A stretch of 64,000 bases of DNA from Candidatus Saccharimonadota bacterium (GTDB taxonomy: Bacteria; Patescibacteriota; Saccharimonadia; Saccharimonadales; Saccharimonadaceae), in the NCBI GenBank assembly GCA_017511865.1, contig JAFWIQ010000012.1:813-64812 (forward strand), read 5' to 3'. The notes below the pieces were generated by a model. It had not been told where the DNA came from. It saw only the letters and a program-made list of their open reading frames with translations, and searched no databases. Position numbers and translations under genes: made by a program. Positions 19,670 to 29,394 of this stretch are shown piece after piece. Position 1 is the first letter of the stretch; every line of letters begins with the position of its first letter.

Positions 19670-21943
19670 TTATTCTGAATATTTACATCCATTTATAAAA
19701 TTAGAGCATCCATAAAATTTCTTACCATCACTACTTCGTTGTCGTTCTATCAGTATTCCAGTTTTGCAACGCGGACAAATTTTGACATTCATCCCTTCAA
19801 GCTCTGGGCCAATCTCATAGACAAAATTAGATATTTGATTAGCCTCAGCCACCAGAATTGTTTTTTCGGTTGCCCGCGTAATTGCCACATAGAATAGTCG
19901 CCTTTCTTCTGCAAACGGATAGGGGTCTAGCTTTGTCAGCATTGTTGACATTACTGGATCGTCTCCGCGTGTTGCGGGCATTCCTAGCATTCCACTATTC
20001 ATATTGATTACAAAAACTATATCTCTCGTGATTCCCTTTGCTTTATGCATACTACAAAAAGGAATTTTGAGTTTAAAACCTGTTTCCGCGATTCGCCATT
20101 CTAATTCTACTTTCCCATCTACATTGTTCGTTAATTTTGCGTTTTTATAACGCCCTAACTTTTGATCCACTAGTCTATAGATGTCACGATTATATCGCGA
20201 GATGATTTGAATCCTCTTTGTTGATAGATCGTCCCCATATTTGTCGTATAGCTCTCCAAGCTTCTCATTTACTGCTTCGTAATCCCGAGGTGCATCTACT
20301 TCATTTTTTGCAGCCAATTTTATTTCTATCGGCGTTTTGCGTCTACTATGTGTAGTTACGTTTTTCTTTGATTGATACGGATTTTTTTGAATAAATTTAT
20401 TGCTGACCCTAGCGGTCGGTTGACCAAAACGATAAGTTAGTTCAATCAATCCACGATATGTTTGATATCCAAAGATTTTTTCAAAATCATCCAATATCTT
20501 TAAGTTGCTCCCAGCAAAACGATAAATTGATTGCCAATCGTCTCCCACTGCGAATAGTTTTACCTTCCGACATTTTTCTAAAATCGCTTTCAGCAATAAA
20601 TATTTGCTCGTAGATAAATCTTGCGCTTCATCCACCAAGATATATTCATAGTTCAAACTATTTTTTGGCAACGCCTTGATTATGTCCGTAGCCTCCCCCA
20701 GCATATCGGCAAAATCATACATGTTTTTGTCTTTTAAATATTTAGTATATTTTTCAAAAAGTGGCGCATATAAATTAAAAAATTTTAATGAGCGTTCGCG
20801 TATAAAATTATTTTCGATTTTTGTGATTCGGTTTTTTAACTCTTTCAAATCAATTTTTTCGCTTTTTTGTAGTTGCATGACCGATATAAACAAAGCTTCG
20901 AGCGCCTCCATGTCGGCGCGGTACTTATTGTCATAGGCAATTAGTGCGGCAATTTCCTCTTCGTTGCGACGTTTTACTATATAGTTCAGATTCTTTTTTA
21001 AATCAGAAATATTGGCATGTTCGTATAGATGTTTGTGTCTATCATCGATTTGATTAAGAAATAACCAATCCGCAATATTTTGTTCTCCCTTAGATTTAAT
21101 ATATTCTTTACATGAAACTAGTTTTTTGTTTTTGTGACCTTCTTTTTCTGCCGCAATTTCTTTTAGCGTCCGTCTCAAGAAGGTTCGGTTGAACTCTATT
21201 TTTTCTCGTTCATTTTTCAGAGTGTTTAAATCTATTGGCACCGACTGATAAAACAGTAGGTAGTCGTCATACCTACGCGCATATTCGCTATTCTGACCGC
21301 GTAAATCCTTTATGGTGTCATGGAAAAATTTTGTGATTTCTTTATCGCTTATCACTTTTCTATTTTTGCCACTAATTTTATAATTCTTTAAAATTTTATT
21401 GCCGAGCGAATGAAAAGTTCTGATTTCCACGTTTTTATTGGCCACCCGCTCTTTTAGTTCGGCAACTACCTTATTCGTGAAAGCGATTATTAAAATTTGC
21501 TCAGCCGGTATTTTTAATTTGTCGTTTAAATATTCTACTTTTGCCAGTAGACTTGCGGTCTTGCCACTTCCAGCTGGCGCCAAAAATAATCCTGCATCCT
21601 CGCAGGCCACCACCGCCTCAATTTGTTGTGGATCTAGTTTGTGGCCTTCGACCTCGTAGCCCTCACGTTGTTTTTGTTTTATGAATTTTTTGTTTAGTTT
21701 CTCCCGATGATTCAGATAAAAGCGAATTTTTCTTGTGAGCTTCGCGAGCCGCCAAAATTGGATAAAATGTAATTTTAGCAGTAATCGCTTTTTTTCATTT
21801 TTTATTCCTACCTGCTCCGGTAAACAATCCGAAAACTCCTTTTCCATTTTCTTTAAATCAAAATAAGAGACATATTGTTCTTTGTATGAATTTTGAAGCC
21901 TCAGCGATAATTCATCCAATTTGTCTATGTGGAAATTTTTCAC
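19670..21943 (-). CDS. UvrD/helicase IV-like SF1 helicase with a C-terminal topoisomerase-type C4 zinc ribbon
   Basis: APAGSGKT, TFHS, VDEAQD, VGDDWQSIYRF, HKAKG, EERRLFYVAITRA and CPRC...FYGCSNF...C. Confidence 0.9.
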   Translation of the reverse strand: MKNFHIDKLDELSLRLQNSYKEQYVSYFDLKKMEKEFSDCLPEQVGIKNEKKRLLLKLHFIQFWRLAKLTRKIRFYLNHREKLNKKFIKQKQREGYEVEGHKLDPQQIEAVVACEDAGLFLAPAGSGKTASLLAKVEYLNDKLKIPAEQILIIAFTNKVVAELKERVANKNVEIRTFHSLGNKILKNYKISGKNRKVISDKEITKFFHDTIKDLRGQNSEYARRYDDYLLFYQSVPIDLNTLKNEREKIEFNRTFLRRTLKEIAAEKEGHKNKKLVSCKEYIKSKGEQNIADWLFLNQIDDRHKHLYEHANISDLKKNLNYIVKRRNEEEIAALIAYDNKYRADMEALEALFISVMQLQKSEKIDLKELKNRITKIENNFIRERSLKFFNLYAPLFEKYTKYLKDKNMYDFADMLGEATDIIKALPKNSLNYEYILVDEAQDLSTSKYLLLKAILEKCRKVKLFAVGDDWQSIYRFAGSNLKILDDFEKIFGYQTYRGLIELTYRFGQPTARVSNKFIQKNPYQSKKNVTTHSRRKTPIEIKLAAKNEVDAPRDYEAVNEKLGELYDKYGDDLSTKRIQIISRYNRDIYRLVDQKLGRYKNAKLTNNVDGKVELEWRIAETGFKLKIPFCSMHKAKGITRDIVFVINMNSGMLGMPATRGDDPVMSTMLTKLDPYPFAEERRLFYVAITRATEKTILVAEANQISNFVYEIGPELEGMNVKICPRCKTGILIERQRSSDGKKFYGCSNFINGCKYSE

Positions 21944-21990
21944 CCCTTTATTGTATCATGGGGATATGGTATAATTACACCTATTAATAA

Positions 21991-22067
21991 GCATCCGTAG
22001 CTCAGTGGATTAGAGCACTTGTCTTCGGAACAAGGGGTCGTGGGTTCGAATCCCTCCGGATGTACCA
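21991..22067 (+). tRNA. tRNA-Arg (TCG)
   Basis: GCATCCG acceptor stem, anticodon stem CTTGT/ACAAG, loop CTTCGGA and CCA. Confidence 0.93.
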
Positions 22068-22075
22068 AATAATGA

Positions 22076-22099
22076 AAAATAAGAGCTTGCTCTTATTTT
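22076..22099 (+). terminator. Bidirectional terminator
   Basis: AAAATAAGAGC/GCTCTTATTTT inverted repeat. Confidence 0.65.
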
Positions 22100-22153
22100 C
22101 TATTTTATAGGTATAGCGGAGCAGGATATTATATCCTATCTGGTATACCAATA

Positions 22154-22906
22154 TTAATTCCGTATCCCAGTATCAATAAAAGAATCTAAAACTTCTCCAG
22201 TTTTTCCATCTACATATACAAAACCCTTAGGATAATTAGACTCATTGCTAAAATTAAATTCATAATGATAATGAAAATTAGAAGCTGGTTTATTAATTAC
22301 ACCATTGTCTCTATCCGTATAAAACAAAGTGTAAGAACAAGCTCCTTTAACCCCTTTATTATTTTGTTTTGCCACAGCTTCAATTGCAGAATATGCAATA
22401 TTTTCCGCCTCATTTTCTTTCATTAGTCCATCTAGTTTTATTTGATCAGGATTGATAAATAATGGAAGATTAGTAAAATTATCAGACTCCTCAGCATCAA
22501 TTGCAAAAAATGTATTTTCAAGCACCACTCCATTTACTATTTGATGGCCCATAACAAGTGCTGAACCACCTGGCCATTCCGACATACTCTCAATTAATAC
22601 TTTTATATTTGAATCAGGATACTCCGTTGTTAAGCCATCAGAGAACATAGATAAAAAGTCTTCATTTATTTCTTTCAAATCACGATGGTAAAATACTCTA
22701 TCGTCAAATGCCTTATATTCCTCAGTGGTGCATGGTTTATGCTTAGTTGTTGTGTTAGTGACATTACTACTGCTGATAGAAGTTTCAGAGTGACATTTTA
22801 CTAGTAGGACAATCGTTAAGCAAATTATCATTACCAACTCAAACAAAAACACCAAAAACAAGACTTTATTCTCTTTTATAAAATTTAAACTAAATTTATT
22901 AACCAT
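22154..22906 (-). CDS. AT-rich membrane-anchored hypothetical protein with a PepSY-like C-terminus
   Basis: N-terminal TM helix and a C-terminal YVDGKTGEVL. Visibly lower GC than its neighbours. Confidence 0.65.
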   Translation of the reverse strand: MVNKFSLNFIKENKVLFLVFLFELVMIICLTIVLLVKCHSETSISSSNVTNTTTKHKPCTTEEYKAFDDRVFYHRDLKEINEDFLSMFSDGLTTEYPDSNIKVLIESMSEWPGGSALVMGHQIVNGVVLENTFFAIDAEESDNFTNLPLFINPDQIKLDGLMKENEAENIAYSAIEAVAKQNNKGVKGACSYTLFYTDRDNGVINKPASNFHYHYEFNFSNESNYPKGFVYVDGKTGEVLDSFIDTGIRN

Positions 22907-23114
22907 AAATGATATTGTACACTACTAACAGGTTCAATAAAAGATAATCGATTAAAGTGAACAATTCCCACCCATCAAATCTACCTTCAATATAGTTGCA
23001 ACTTCTTTTACTAGGGTGTACCATAGAATTAAAAATAACCCAAATGGTCTTTTTTAATTCTCTAACATATCCAAAAAAAATGAAAATTCATAGTAATATA
23101 CCGAAACAAAAAAA

Positions 23115-23143
23115 TGGTGGTACCGGGTGGGATTGAACCACCG
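23115..23143 (-). repeat. 29-bp direct repeat of the tRNA(CAT) 3' end (att-like)
   Basis: tggtggtaccgggtgggattgaaccaccg is identical at 23115-23143 and 23197-23225. Confidence 0.9.
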
Positions 23144-23196
23144 CACCGAAGGTTCGCGTGGTTCCCAACTAAAAAAGGCTCACTTGAGCCATGTCG

Positions 23197-23273
23197 TGGT
23201 GGTACCGGGTGGGATTGAACCACCGACCTCGGGCTTATGAGTCCCACGCTCTAACCAGCTGAGCTACGGTACC
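23197..23273 (-). tRNA. tRNA with CAT anticodon (elongator Met or Ile2)
   Basis: GGTACCG acceptor stem with a G1-C72 pair (so not the initiator), loop CTCATAA and CCA. Confidence 0.92.
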
Positions 23274-23315
23274 AACTCTTTTCATTATATCACAAAACCA
23301 TGATATAATAAAGCC

Positions 23316-23705
23316 ATGGACAGCAAAAAGGGCTTTACTATTCTAGAAATTATCATTGTTGCGGTTTTTGCCAGCCTACTCTTTATCTTTTTCTTTATCC
23401 AAAAATCTAACATTGATGCTATGGAACGCGATGAAGATCGCAAAATAGCCATTAATGCTATGTATTACGCTCTGGAAGAGAGTTTCTACAAAGACCATGG
23501 TTATTATCCAGAAGCTATTTCCGAAGAAAACATTAAGGTTATCGACCCATCTCTTTGGACTGACCCTCTTGGATTTAACCTCGGCGATCCAAAAAGTTCC
23601 TACTCTTACGAACCGGCCAACTGCAAGGAAGGCAAATGTAAAGAGTATATTTTGAAAGCTCAACTAGAAAAAGAAGACACTTACACCAAATACAATCGCA
23701 ATTAA
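23316..23705 (+). CDS. Type IV pilin/pseudopilin-like protein
   Basis: Prepilin cleavage motif KKG-FTILE, hydrophobic helix, GYYP and a C-terminal Cys pair. Confidence 0.9.
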   Translation: MDSKKGFTILEIIIVAVFASLLFIFFFIQKSNIDAMERDEDRKIAINAMYYALEESFYKDHGYYPEAISEENIKVIDPSLWTDPLGFNLGDPKSSYSYEPANCKEGKCKEYILKAQLEKEDTYTKYNRN

Positions 23706-23708
23706 TTT

Positions 23709-24287
23709 TTATTTTTCTTTCGTTTTGGCAAACTTTTTTGCATCGGTGATTAATTTTGTGACACCCTCTAGTTCGGTTGTCGAAACATCTGAATATTTAA
23801 AAGTATAAGTTGTTTCGTCGCCAACCGTGGCTAGCCTGAATGTTCCATAATGGAATATAGTTTGCAAGAAACTATCCTGCCTAAAACTGGCATCTTCAAT
23901 AGAAGCCAAATCAATAATATTGATTGAGCTAGAGACCAAAGAATTCATCAAAAACTGGATTACGTGTTTGTTCGTAACAAAAAGCTTGTTGCCATTATAT
24001 ATTCTAAGTGCCACTATACCAATTATAAACGCCGAAACAAGCAGGGCTGTCAATATGATGAATAGAAAATTTTTACCCATTTCATCTATCATTGATTGCC
24101 CCAAAAGCACCAATAAAAACATGAACAAAATCACAATTAAGCTGATTGCTATTCCACCAAAAATCATTTTTAGGCAAACTCGTGCTCTTCTAAAAGCGAA
24201 CTCTACATATTCATCGTCATCAAGTTTGAGCCCAGGAAAATCCTTTTTGCTCCTCTCATGACGGATCTTAGTCAAAGATGAATCCAT
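23709..24287 (-). CDS. Bacterial PH-domain membrane protein
   Basis: Two TM helices, then LFVTNKHVI, IEDAS and IFHYGT. Confidence 0.75.
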   Translation of the reverse strand: MDSSLTKIRHERSKKDFPGLKLDDDEYVEFAFRRARVCLKMIFGGIAISLIVILFMFLLVLLGQSMIDEMGKNFLFIILTALLVSAFIIGIVALRIYNGNKLFVTNKHVIQFLMNSLVSSSINIIDLASIEDASFRQDSFLQTIFHYGTFRLATVGDETTYTFKYSDVSTTELEGVTKLITDAKKFAKTKEK

Positions 24288-24307
24288 ACAAAAACTCCTT
24301 TTTATAA

Positions 24308-25327
24308 TTATACATTATTTTGGGGATTTTGTAAATGCCTCTTCCCTTTTTCCGTTATTATTCTCCCCCGTGGTGTTCTAGCAAGTAAGCCTAATTGTAG
24401 TAAATATGGCTCATAATAATCTTCAATCGTAGTTGCTTCGTCACCGGTCAAAGCTGCAATGGTCGTAAGTCCTACCGGGCGATCGCCATAATTGTCATGA
24501 ATCAGTCTAAGCATATTTCTGTCTGCCGGATCCAGACCCAAATAATCTATTTCCATTAAATTCAAAGAATGCACAGCTACTTCCTGATCGATTATTCCGT
24601 CACCATTTACATCCGCAAAATCGCGCACCCTCTTAAATAGTCTATTAGCAATTCTGGGTGTCAGTCTAGATCTGGTCGCCAGCAATTTTGTTGCCTCTGG
24701 CTGGATCTTGGTATTCAAAATTTTCGCCGTTCGGTTGATAATTTGTTCAATTTCTGGCTCTTTATAATATTCCAAACGATGAATTATGCCAAACCTATCA
24801 CGCAGAGGACCAGCCAAAGATCCAGTCCGAGTAGTCGCCCCAATCACTGTAAAGCGGGGCAAATCCAGCCTCACAGATCTCGCTGCCGGACCTTTGCCGA
24901 TTACGATGTCTAGCTTGTAATCTTCCATCGCTGAATATAGAATTTCTTCCACAGCCCGGCGCAATCGATGAATCTCGTCAATAAACAGCACGTCACCATC
25001 TTTTAGATTGGTCAGGATTGATGCGAGGTCTCCAGCTCTTTCAATTGCAGGTCCAGAAGTTACCCTAAGCGACGCACCTAACTCATGCGCTATCACGCCC
25101 GCCATGGTGGTTTTTCCTAGCCCCGGTGGACCATATAATAATATATGGTCTAATGCCAAGCCGTCATTTCGCTTTTTTACTGCCTCAATCGCCAACCTTA
25201 AATTATTTTTAAGTCGTTCTTGACCAATATATTCAGAAAAAGACATTGGGCGAAGCGAGATTTCAATTTTCTCTTCTTCAGAATCACCCATAGAAGCCGT
25301 CGGCTCCACTAACCTCTCAATTGCCAT
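24308..25327 (-). CDS. ruvB: Holliday junction branch migration helicase RuvB
   Basis: [31 protein letters not shown] and RTPRGR. Confidence 0.97.
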   Translation of the reverse strand: MAIERLVEPTASMGDSEEEKIEISLRPMSFSEYIGQERLKNNLRLAIEAVKKRNDGLALDHILLYGPPGLGKTTMAGVIAHELGASLRVTSGPAIERAGDLASILTNLKDGDVLFIDEIHRLRRAVEEILYSAMEDYKLDIVIGKGPAARSVRLDLPRFTVIGATTRTGSLAGPLRDRFGIIHRLEYYKEPEIEQIINRTAKILNTKIQPEATKLLATRSRLTPRIANRLFKRVRDFADVNGDGIIDQEVAVHSLNLMEIDYLGLDPADRNMLRLIHDNYGDRPVGLTTIAALTGDEATTIEDYYEPYLLQLGLLARTPRGRIITEKGKRHLQNPQNNV

Positions 25328-25406
25328 GTTCTGATTATAACACGTTCCACGCTATTCAATTCTGTTTTCAGGGTACAATATCTACGAAAAATGTTAAAAT
25401 AAAAAT

Positions 25407-26678
25407 ATGAAAATAGCTTTCTTTTCCGATTGCTACTTAGACTTAACTGGTGGCATCGTCAGTTCAATCAATGCTCAAAAAGCCGCACTCGAACAAAATG
25501 GCCATCAAGTCTATATTTTTAGTACTGGATTTCTACGCGCTAAGTCAGAATTAAAAAAACTTGCCGCCCAGAACATCTATCAAGTGCCAAGTTGCAAATT
25601 ATTTTTTCGTGGCCTCACTCCAGTCTCGCGTCGCCCAAAGGTTATCGAAAGATGGCTGCTAAAAACCCACCCAGAAATTAAAGATTTTAATATTTTCTAT
25701 ATTCATTATGAGTCTGGTTGTTCTATTGCTGGGCTCCGTCTTGGCAAAAAACTAAAAATTCCAACCATCCAAGTCATGCACGGTAGAGAGGATATGGGTG
25801 AATCAAATATTATTCCTTTTGGTTTTCGTACCATAGTTGCTTATTGTCTAAATTGGTTCCACTCTTGGTACCTTCCACACACCGTCAGTATTCATCGAGA
25901 CAGTTATTTGGCCGACACTATTGCGAAGGCTAAAATGTGGACACTCATGGTTAATCATGCAAATTTTGCCGACCTTGTTCTGACGCCCTCCAAGCATTTT
26001 TGTGATAAGCTTATTCATTATGGCGTCAAGAAAGAAATCAAAGTTTTTCCGAACGGTTTTATAGATACAAAATTTCCTAAATCACCAAAGCCAAAAGAAT
26101 TGAAGCCTGGCGATGAGCTGAAAATTATTTGGCATTCGCGCGTTTCTGCCGAAAAACGCATGATGCCGTTTCTCAAATCCTTATTGATACTCAAAAAAAA
26201 TAACAAAAACCAAGAACTACCCAACTTTGTATTAGATGTTTACGGCGGTGGCGGTGATTTTTTTCGCGCACAACGTTTTGCCAAGCGTCACCATTTAAAC
26301 ATTAATTTTCATGGCAATGTTTCGTTTGAAAAATTAACTAATGCTATTGCAAATTCCCACCTCGATATTTTGGTCTCGTATAATTTTGATACTTTTGGCA
26401 TGACTCTCATTGAGGCCGAAGCCTACGGTGTTCCGGTTTTCTTTTGTGACCCAGATATGAAGGAAATCGTTCCGGAGGGCAGCTACATATTGAGCGCGTC
26501 TGAAACTCCCGAAAAAATGGCAGAGGCCCTAGATAGTTTATTAAGACATCCCGAAAAAATTCGCAATATGAGCGAAGTCATGTTGGGTTGCCGTAAGGAG
26601 ATTTTGATTTCTCATCGCATCAAAATCTTAGAAGATATATTTAATACGATGCTATCTAGGCGCACGAAACTTTCATAA
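25407..26678 (+). CDS. GT4 glycosyltransferase (glycolipid synthase-like)
   Basis: MKIAFFSDCY...GGIVSS, RVSAEK and DTFGMTLIEAEAYGVPV. Confidence 0.85.
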   Translation: MKIAFFSDCYLDLTGGIVSSINAQKAALEQNGHQVYIFSTGFLRAKSELKKLAAQNIYQVPSCKLFFRGLTPVSRRPKVIERWLLKTHPEIKDFNIFYIHYESGCSIAGLRLGKKLKIPTIQVMHGREDMGESNIIPFGFRTIVAYCLNWFHSWYLPHTVSIHRDSYLADTIAKAKMWTLMVNHANFADLVLTPSKHFCDKLIHYGVKKEIKVFPNGFIDTKFPKSPKPKELKPGDELKIIWHSRVSAEKRMMPFLKSLLILKKNNKNQELPNFVLDVYGGGGDFFRAQRFAKRHHLNINFHGNVSFEKLTNAIANSHLDILVSYNFDTFGMTLIEAEAYGVPVFFCDPDMKEIVPEGSYILSASETPEKMAEALDSLLRHPEKIRNMSEVMLGCRKEILISHRIKILEDIFNTMLSRRTKLS

Positions 26679-26697
26679 ACTTTGGTATAATAAAACT

Positions 26698-27339
26698 ATG
26701 AGATATCTAGCCGACATATTAACTTTATCCAGATTTATTCTGTCTATTATTTTGCTAATTTTAGCTTTTACTGGCGGCACGCCAGAAGCTGCTTTTGTAA
26801 TCTTTTTAACTGCCGAATTCACCGACGCCTTTGACGGTACTTGTGCTCGCAAATGGCCATTTCCAAAAAACAAAATTCCTAAATATCGCAAATATGCGGC
26901 CATATACGACATGGTTTCGGACGTTCTTCTAGCTGCTGCACAAGTCTTGTTTGTAGCACTCCAAATCAATTGGATTGCGGGACTTATTGTGATTATTTAT
27001 TACACTATAATTTGCGGCACTATTGAACTCATCGTCTATGGCAAACTTTTTGGTCACCCAGACAATTGTACAAAAAATTCCCTCGCCAAACGTAACTTCC
27101 CTCTTGCTAAAAAAATCATTCTTACTCGTCGTTATTTATATACCATTTGTCTTGGTATTATTAACGCCTTCATTTTGTTTGCAACCAATTGGCCAGATCC
27201 CGTCAAATACGGACTCTTTGTCTTTGGATGTTCGATTTTCGTGTTTATTTGGTTTTTCCTTCGTCAACGTCGTAAGCATATTTCCCGTGACGCAGTAGAA
27301 ATCGAGAAGCAATTATCCAAGAAAAAAACTTCAAAATAA
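26698..27339 (+). CDS. CDP-alcohol phosphatidyltransferase family protein
   Basis: ADILTLSR and TDAFDGTCAR...DMVSD; multi-TM. Confidence 0.85.
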   Translation: MRYLADILTLSRFILSIILLILAFTGGTPEAAFVIFLTAEFTDAFDGTCARKWPFPKNKIPKYRKYAAIYDMVSDVLLAAAQVLFVALQINWIAGLIVIIYYTIICGTIELIVYGKLFGHPDNCTKNSLAKRNFPLAKKIILTRRYLYTICLGIINAFILFATNWPDPVKYGLFVFGCSIFVFIWFFLRQRRKHISRDAVEIEKQLSKKKTSK

Positions 27340-27340
27340 T

Positions 27341-28120
27341 TTACTTCCAAATCGCCGACACGGATGCGTTTATAAAGTTACTAGGATTATAAAGATTTAG
27401 TGCTGCAATTTTTGCGGCAATTTCGCCACCCCAAAACATTAAGGGAGAATAGCCGGTTCTTTCAAGCGGGATAGATTTGACTGTCCCACTTTTGGCAATC
27501 AAAACTTGCCCACCTTGTAAAGTAATAACGGAAATTGGATAACTTAGAGTAAATTTATGTAAAGCGTCTGCCACCTGAATTAATGATTGCGAGAGTAGTA
27601 ACATTTTTGGATAATATACTGCACGGAATATTTTTTGAAGTTGAGGCATTGATGCTAAAAATATTATTTGTTCATTCATTAACAATCTTTCCGGATGATT
27701 TTCTATAACTAAGTCTATCGCATCTCGCGTAATCAATAAAGGTTTTTTGGCGGAGCTGCAAGCGTCAGTCATAGCTTTGCTGGTGATAGAATTTTTTGAT
27801 AAATCGCCAATCAACAAATTAAAATCAGAGGCTTCAAAAGTTTTTTCTAATTCTTTCCCGTCTGCAAAAGAACCGGATTCGGTCGACCTTAAAAAAATAA
27901 AATTGGGCAACGACGGCAAACTTTTTTCTAGTGCATCAGGTAATACGACCTGGACTATTTTTATAGGGTATTGTTTTGATAGAAACTCAGAAACTTTAAT
28001 TTCGGTTCGGAAATTTTGTTTGCTACCGCCAACCACTGCGACGTGCCCCAACTTTTGCTCCGGCACATTCCATTCAAAATCTCCCGTTGGCTTTGTATCA
28101 ATTTTTTCAAAGAAATCCAT
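27341..28120 (-). CDS. Divergent YjeF-C/NAD(P)HX dehydratase-like (ribokinase-fold) protein
   Basis: KLGHVAVVGGS near the N-terminus and PLLITRDA. Catalytic motifs are degenerate. Confidence 0.55.
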   Translation of the reverse strand: MDFFEKIDTKPTGDFEWNVPEQKLGHVAVVGGSKQNFRTEIKVSEFLSKQYPIKIVQVVLPDALEKSLPSLPNFIFLRSTESGSFADGKELEKTFEASDFNLLIGDLSKNSITSKAMTDACSSAKKPLLITRDAIDLVIENHPERLLMNEQIIFLASMPQLQKIFRAVYYPKMLLLSQSLIQVADALHKFTLSYPISVITLQGGQVLIAKSGTVKSIPLERTGYSPLMFWGGEIAAKIAALNLYNPSNFINASVSAIWK

Positions 28121-28978
28121 TCATATCTCCAGTGTCACCGAAATCGGGCAATGGTCTGAACCTTTGCAATTTTCATAGATTTCTGCTGATTTCAGATTTT
28201 TGCGCAAACTTTCAGAAATAAAGAAATAATCAATTCTCCAGCCGACATTATTTTCGCGCGCTTTGCCCCAATGGCTCCACCACGTATATCGTACCTCTTC
28301 AGGGTGCAGAGTCCTAAATGTATCAATAAAGCCCGCATTGATATAATTAGTGATTCCCTTTCTCTCCTCGTCGGTAAAACCAGCAGAATGGTGGTTTGTT
28401 TTTGGCCTCGCTATGTCAATTTCCTCGTGTGCCGCATTAAAATCGCCACATACCACTACGGGTTTATCCTTTTCTAGTTCCTTTAAAAATTCCAAAAACC
28501 ACGGATCCCACTCTGTTTCGCGCAGCTTTAATCGCGACAAATCCGGCTTGGAATTTGGAACATAAACATTTACTAAATAGAACTTTTTAAATTCTGCAAT
28601 GAGGGTTCTACCTTCAGGGACGGCAATATTAGTTTCCGAAGCATAAAGTTTCGGATTCGGCTGCTCGAGATGTGTATTCCTGACGTCGCCGAGAAAGTTG
28701 CCAGGATGGCAATCTTTCCCGGACGACCAGCGTATGACATCGAGAGCAGACGAGCCTGCTGAGGAAACTAATATTGCCGTCCCGGAGTATCCAGCTCTTT
28801 TCGCCGGATTCCAAAAAACCTTGTATCCCGGAAAATTATAATCTACTTGTTCGGGTTTTGCTTTTATCTCTTGCAAACACAAAATATCTGGCTGATGTTC
28901 CTCGATAAACTTTTGCAAAGCTTCTTTACGTAAAATAGCACGCAAACCATTGACGTTCCACGAGTAGATTTTAAGCAT
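28121..28978 (-). CDS. xth: Exodeoxyribonuclease III with an internal insertion
   Basis: SWNVNGLRA, LCLQEIK, GYSGTA, YVPNS, GDFN, GWRIDY and SDHCP. Confidence 0.96.
   Translation of the reverse strand: MLKIYSWNVNGLRAILRKEALQKFIEEHQPDILCLQEIKAKPEQVDYNFPGYKVFWNPAKRAGYSGTAILVSSAGSSALDVIRWSSGKDCHPGNFLGDVRNTHLEQPNPKLYASETNIAVPEGRTLIAEFKKFYLVNVYVPNSKPDLSRLKLRETEWDPWFLEFLKELEKDKPVVVCGDFNAAHEEIDIARPKTNHHSAGFTDEERKGITNYINAGFIDTFRTLHPEEVRYTWWSHWGKARENNVGWRIDYFFISESLRKNLKSAEIYENCKGSDHCPISVTLEI
28617..28783. repeat. 167-bp palindromic element with perfect 21-bp inverted arms, in frame in xth
   Basis: gggacggcaatattagtttcc (28617-28637) and ggaaactaatattgccgtccc (28763-28783), plus inner stems. Confidence 0.9.
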
Positions 28979-29387
28979 ATCTCCCCCGCTCAATATCGCG
29001 TTTTTTGATGGTTTCACGCTTGTCGTACTTCTTTTTTCCTTTCCCAACGGCAATGACTAATTTTATATGTCTTGAACCACCCAAAAGCTTAACTGGCACG
29101 ATAGTTGATCCTGCTACCTTTTCTCTTTCCAAAGCCAATATTTGTTTTTTCGTTGCTAATAATTTTATATTTCGTGCCGTCTCGGCGCCCAGAGTTAAGT
29201 TATTTAGCCAAAGCTCCCCATTTCTGATTGTCACAAAAGAACCTTTTAGTTGCACATGATGGTCTCGGATCGAACGCACTTCTGGACCAGCAAGAGCCAT
29301 TCCTGCGGTAAGTTCATCCCCCAAAATATAATCGTACCTTGCCTTACGATTGAGCGTAACCGAATCTGACACCTTCTTTTTCTTCAT
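28971..29387 (-). CDS. smpB: SsrA-binding protein SmpB
   Basis: NRKARYDY, AGMALAGPEVRSIR and GKGKKKYDKRETIK. Confidence 0.95.
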   Translation of the reverse strand: MKKKKVSDSVTLNRKARYDYILGDELTAGMALAGPEVRSIRDHHVQLKGSFVTIRNGELWLNNLTLGAETARNIKLLATKKQILALEREKVAGSTIVPVKLLGGSRHIKLVIAVGKGKKKYDKRETIKKRDIERGRYA

Positions 29388-29394
29388 GCCTAAA

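Noticed and set aside
19592..22067. The two tRNA-Arg genes as attL/attR of an island
   Set aside because: Both are complete, distinct isoacceptors with different 3' halves, and no integrase is present.
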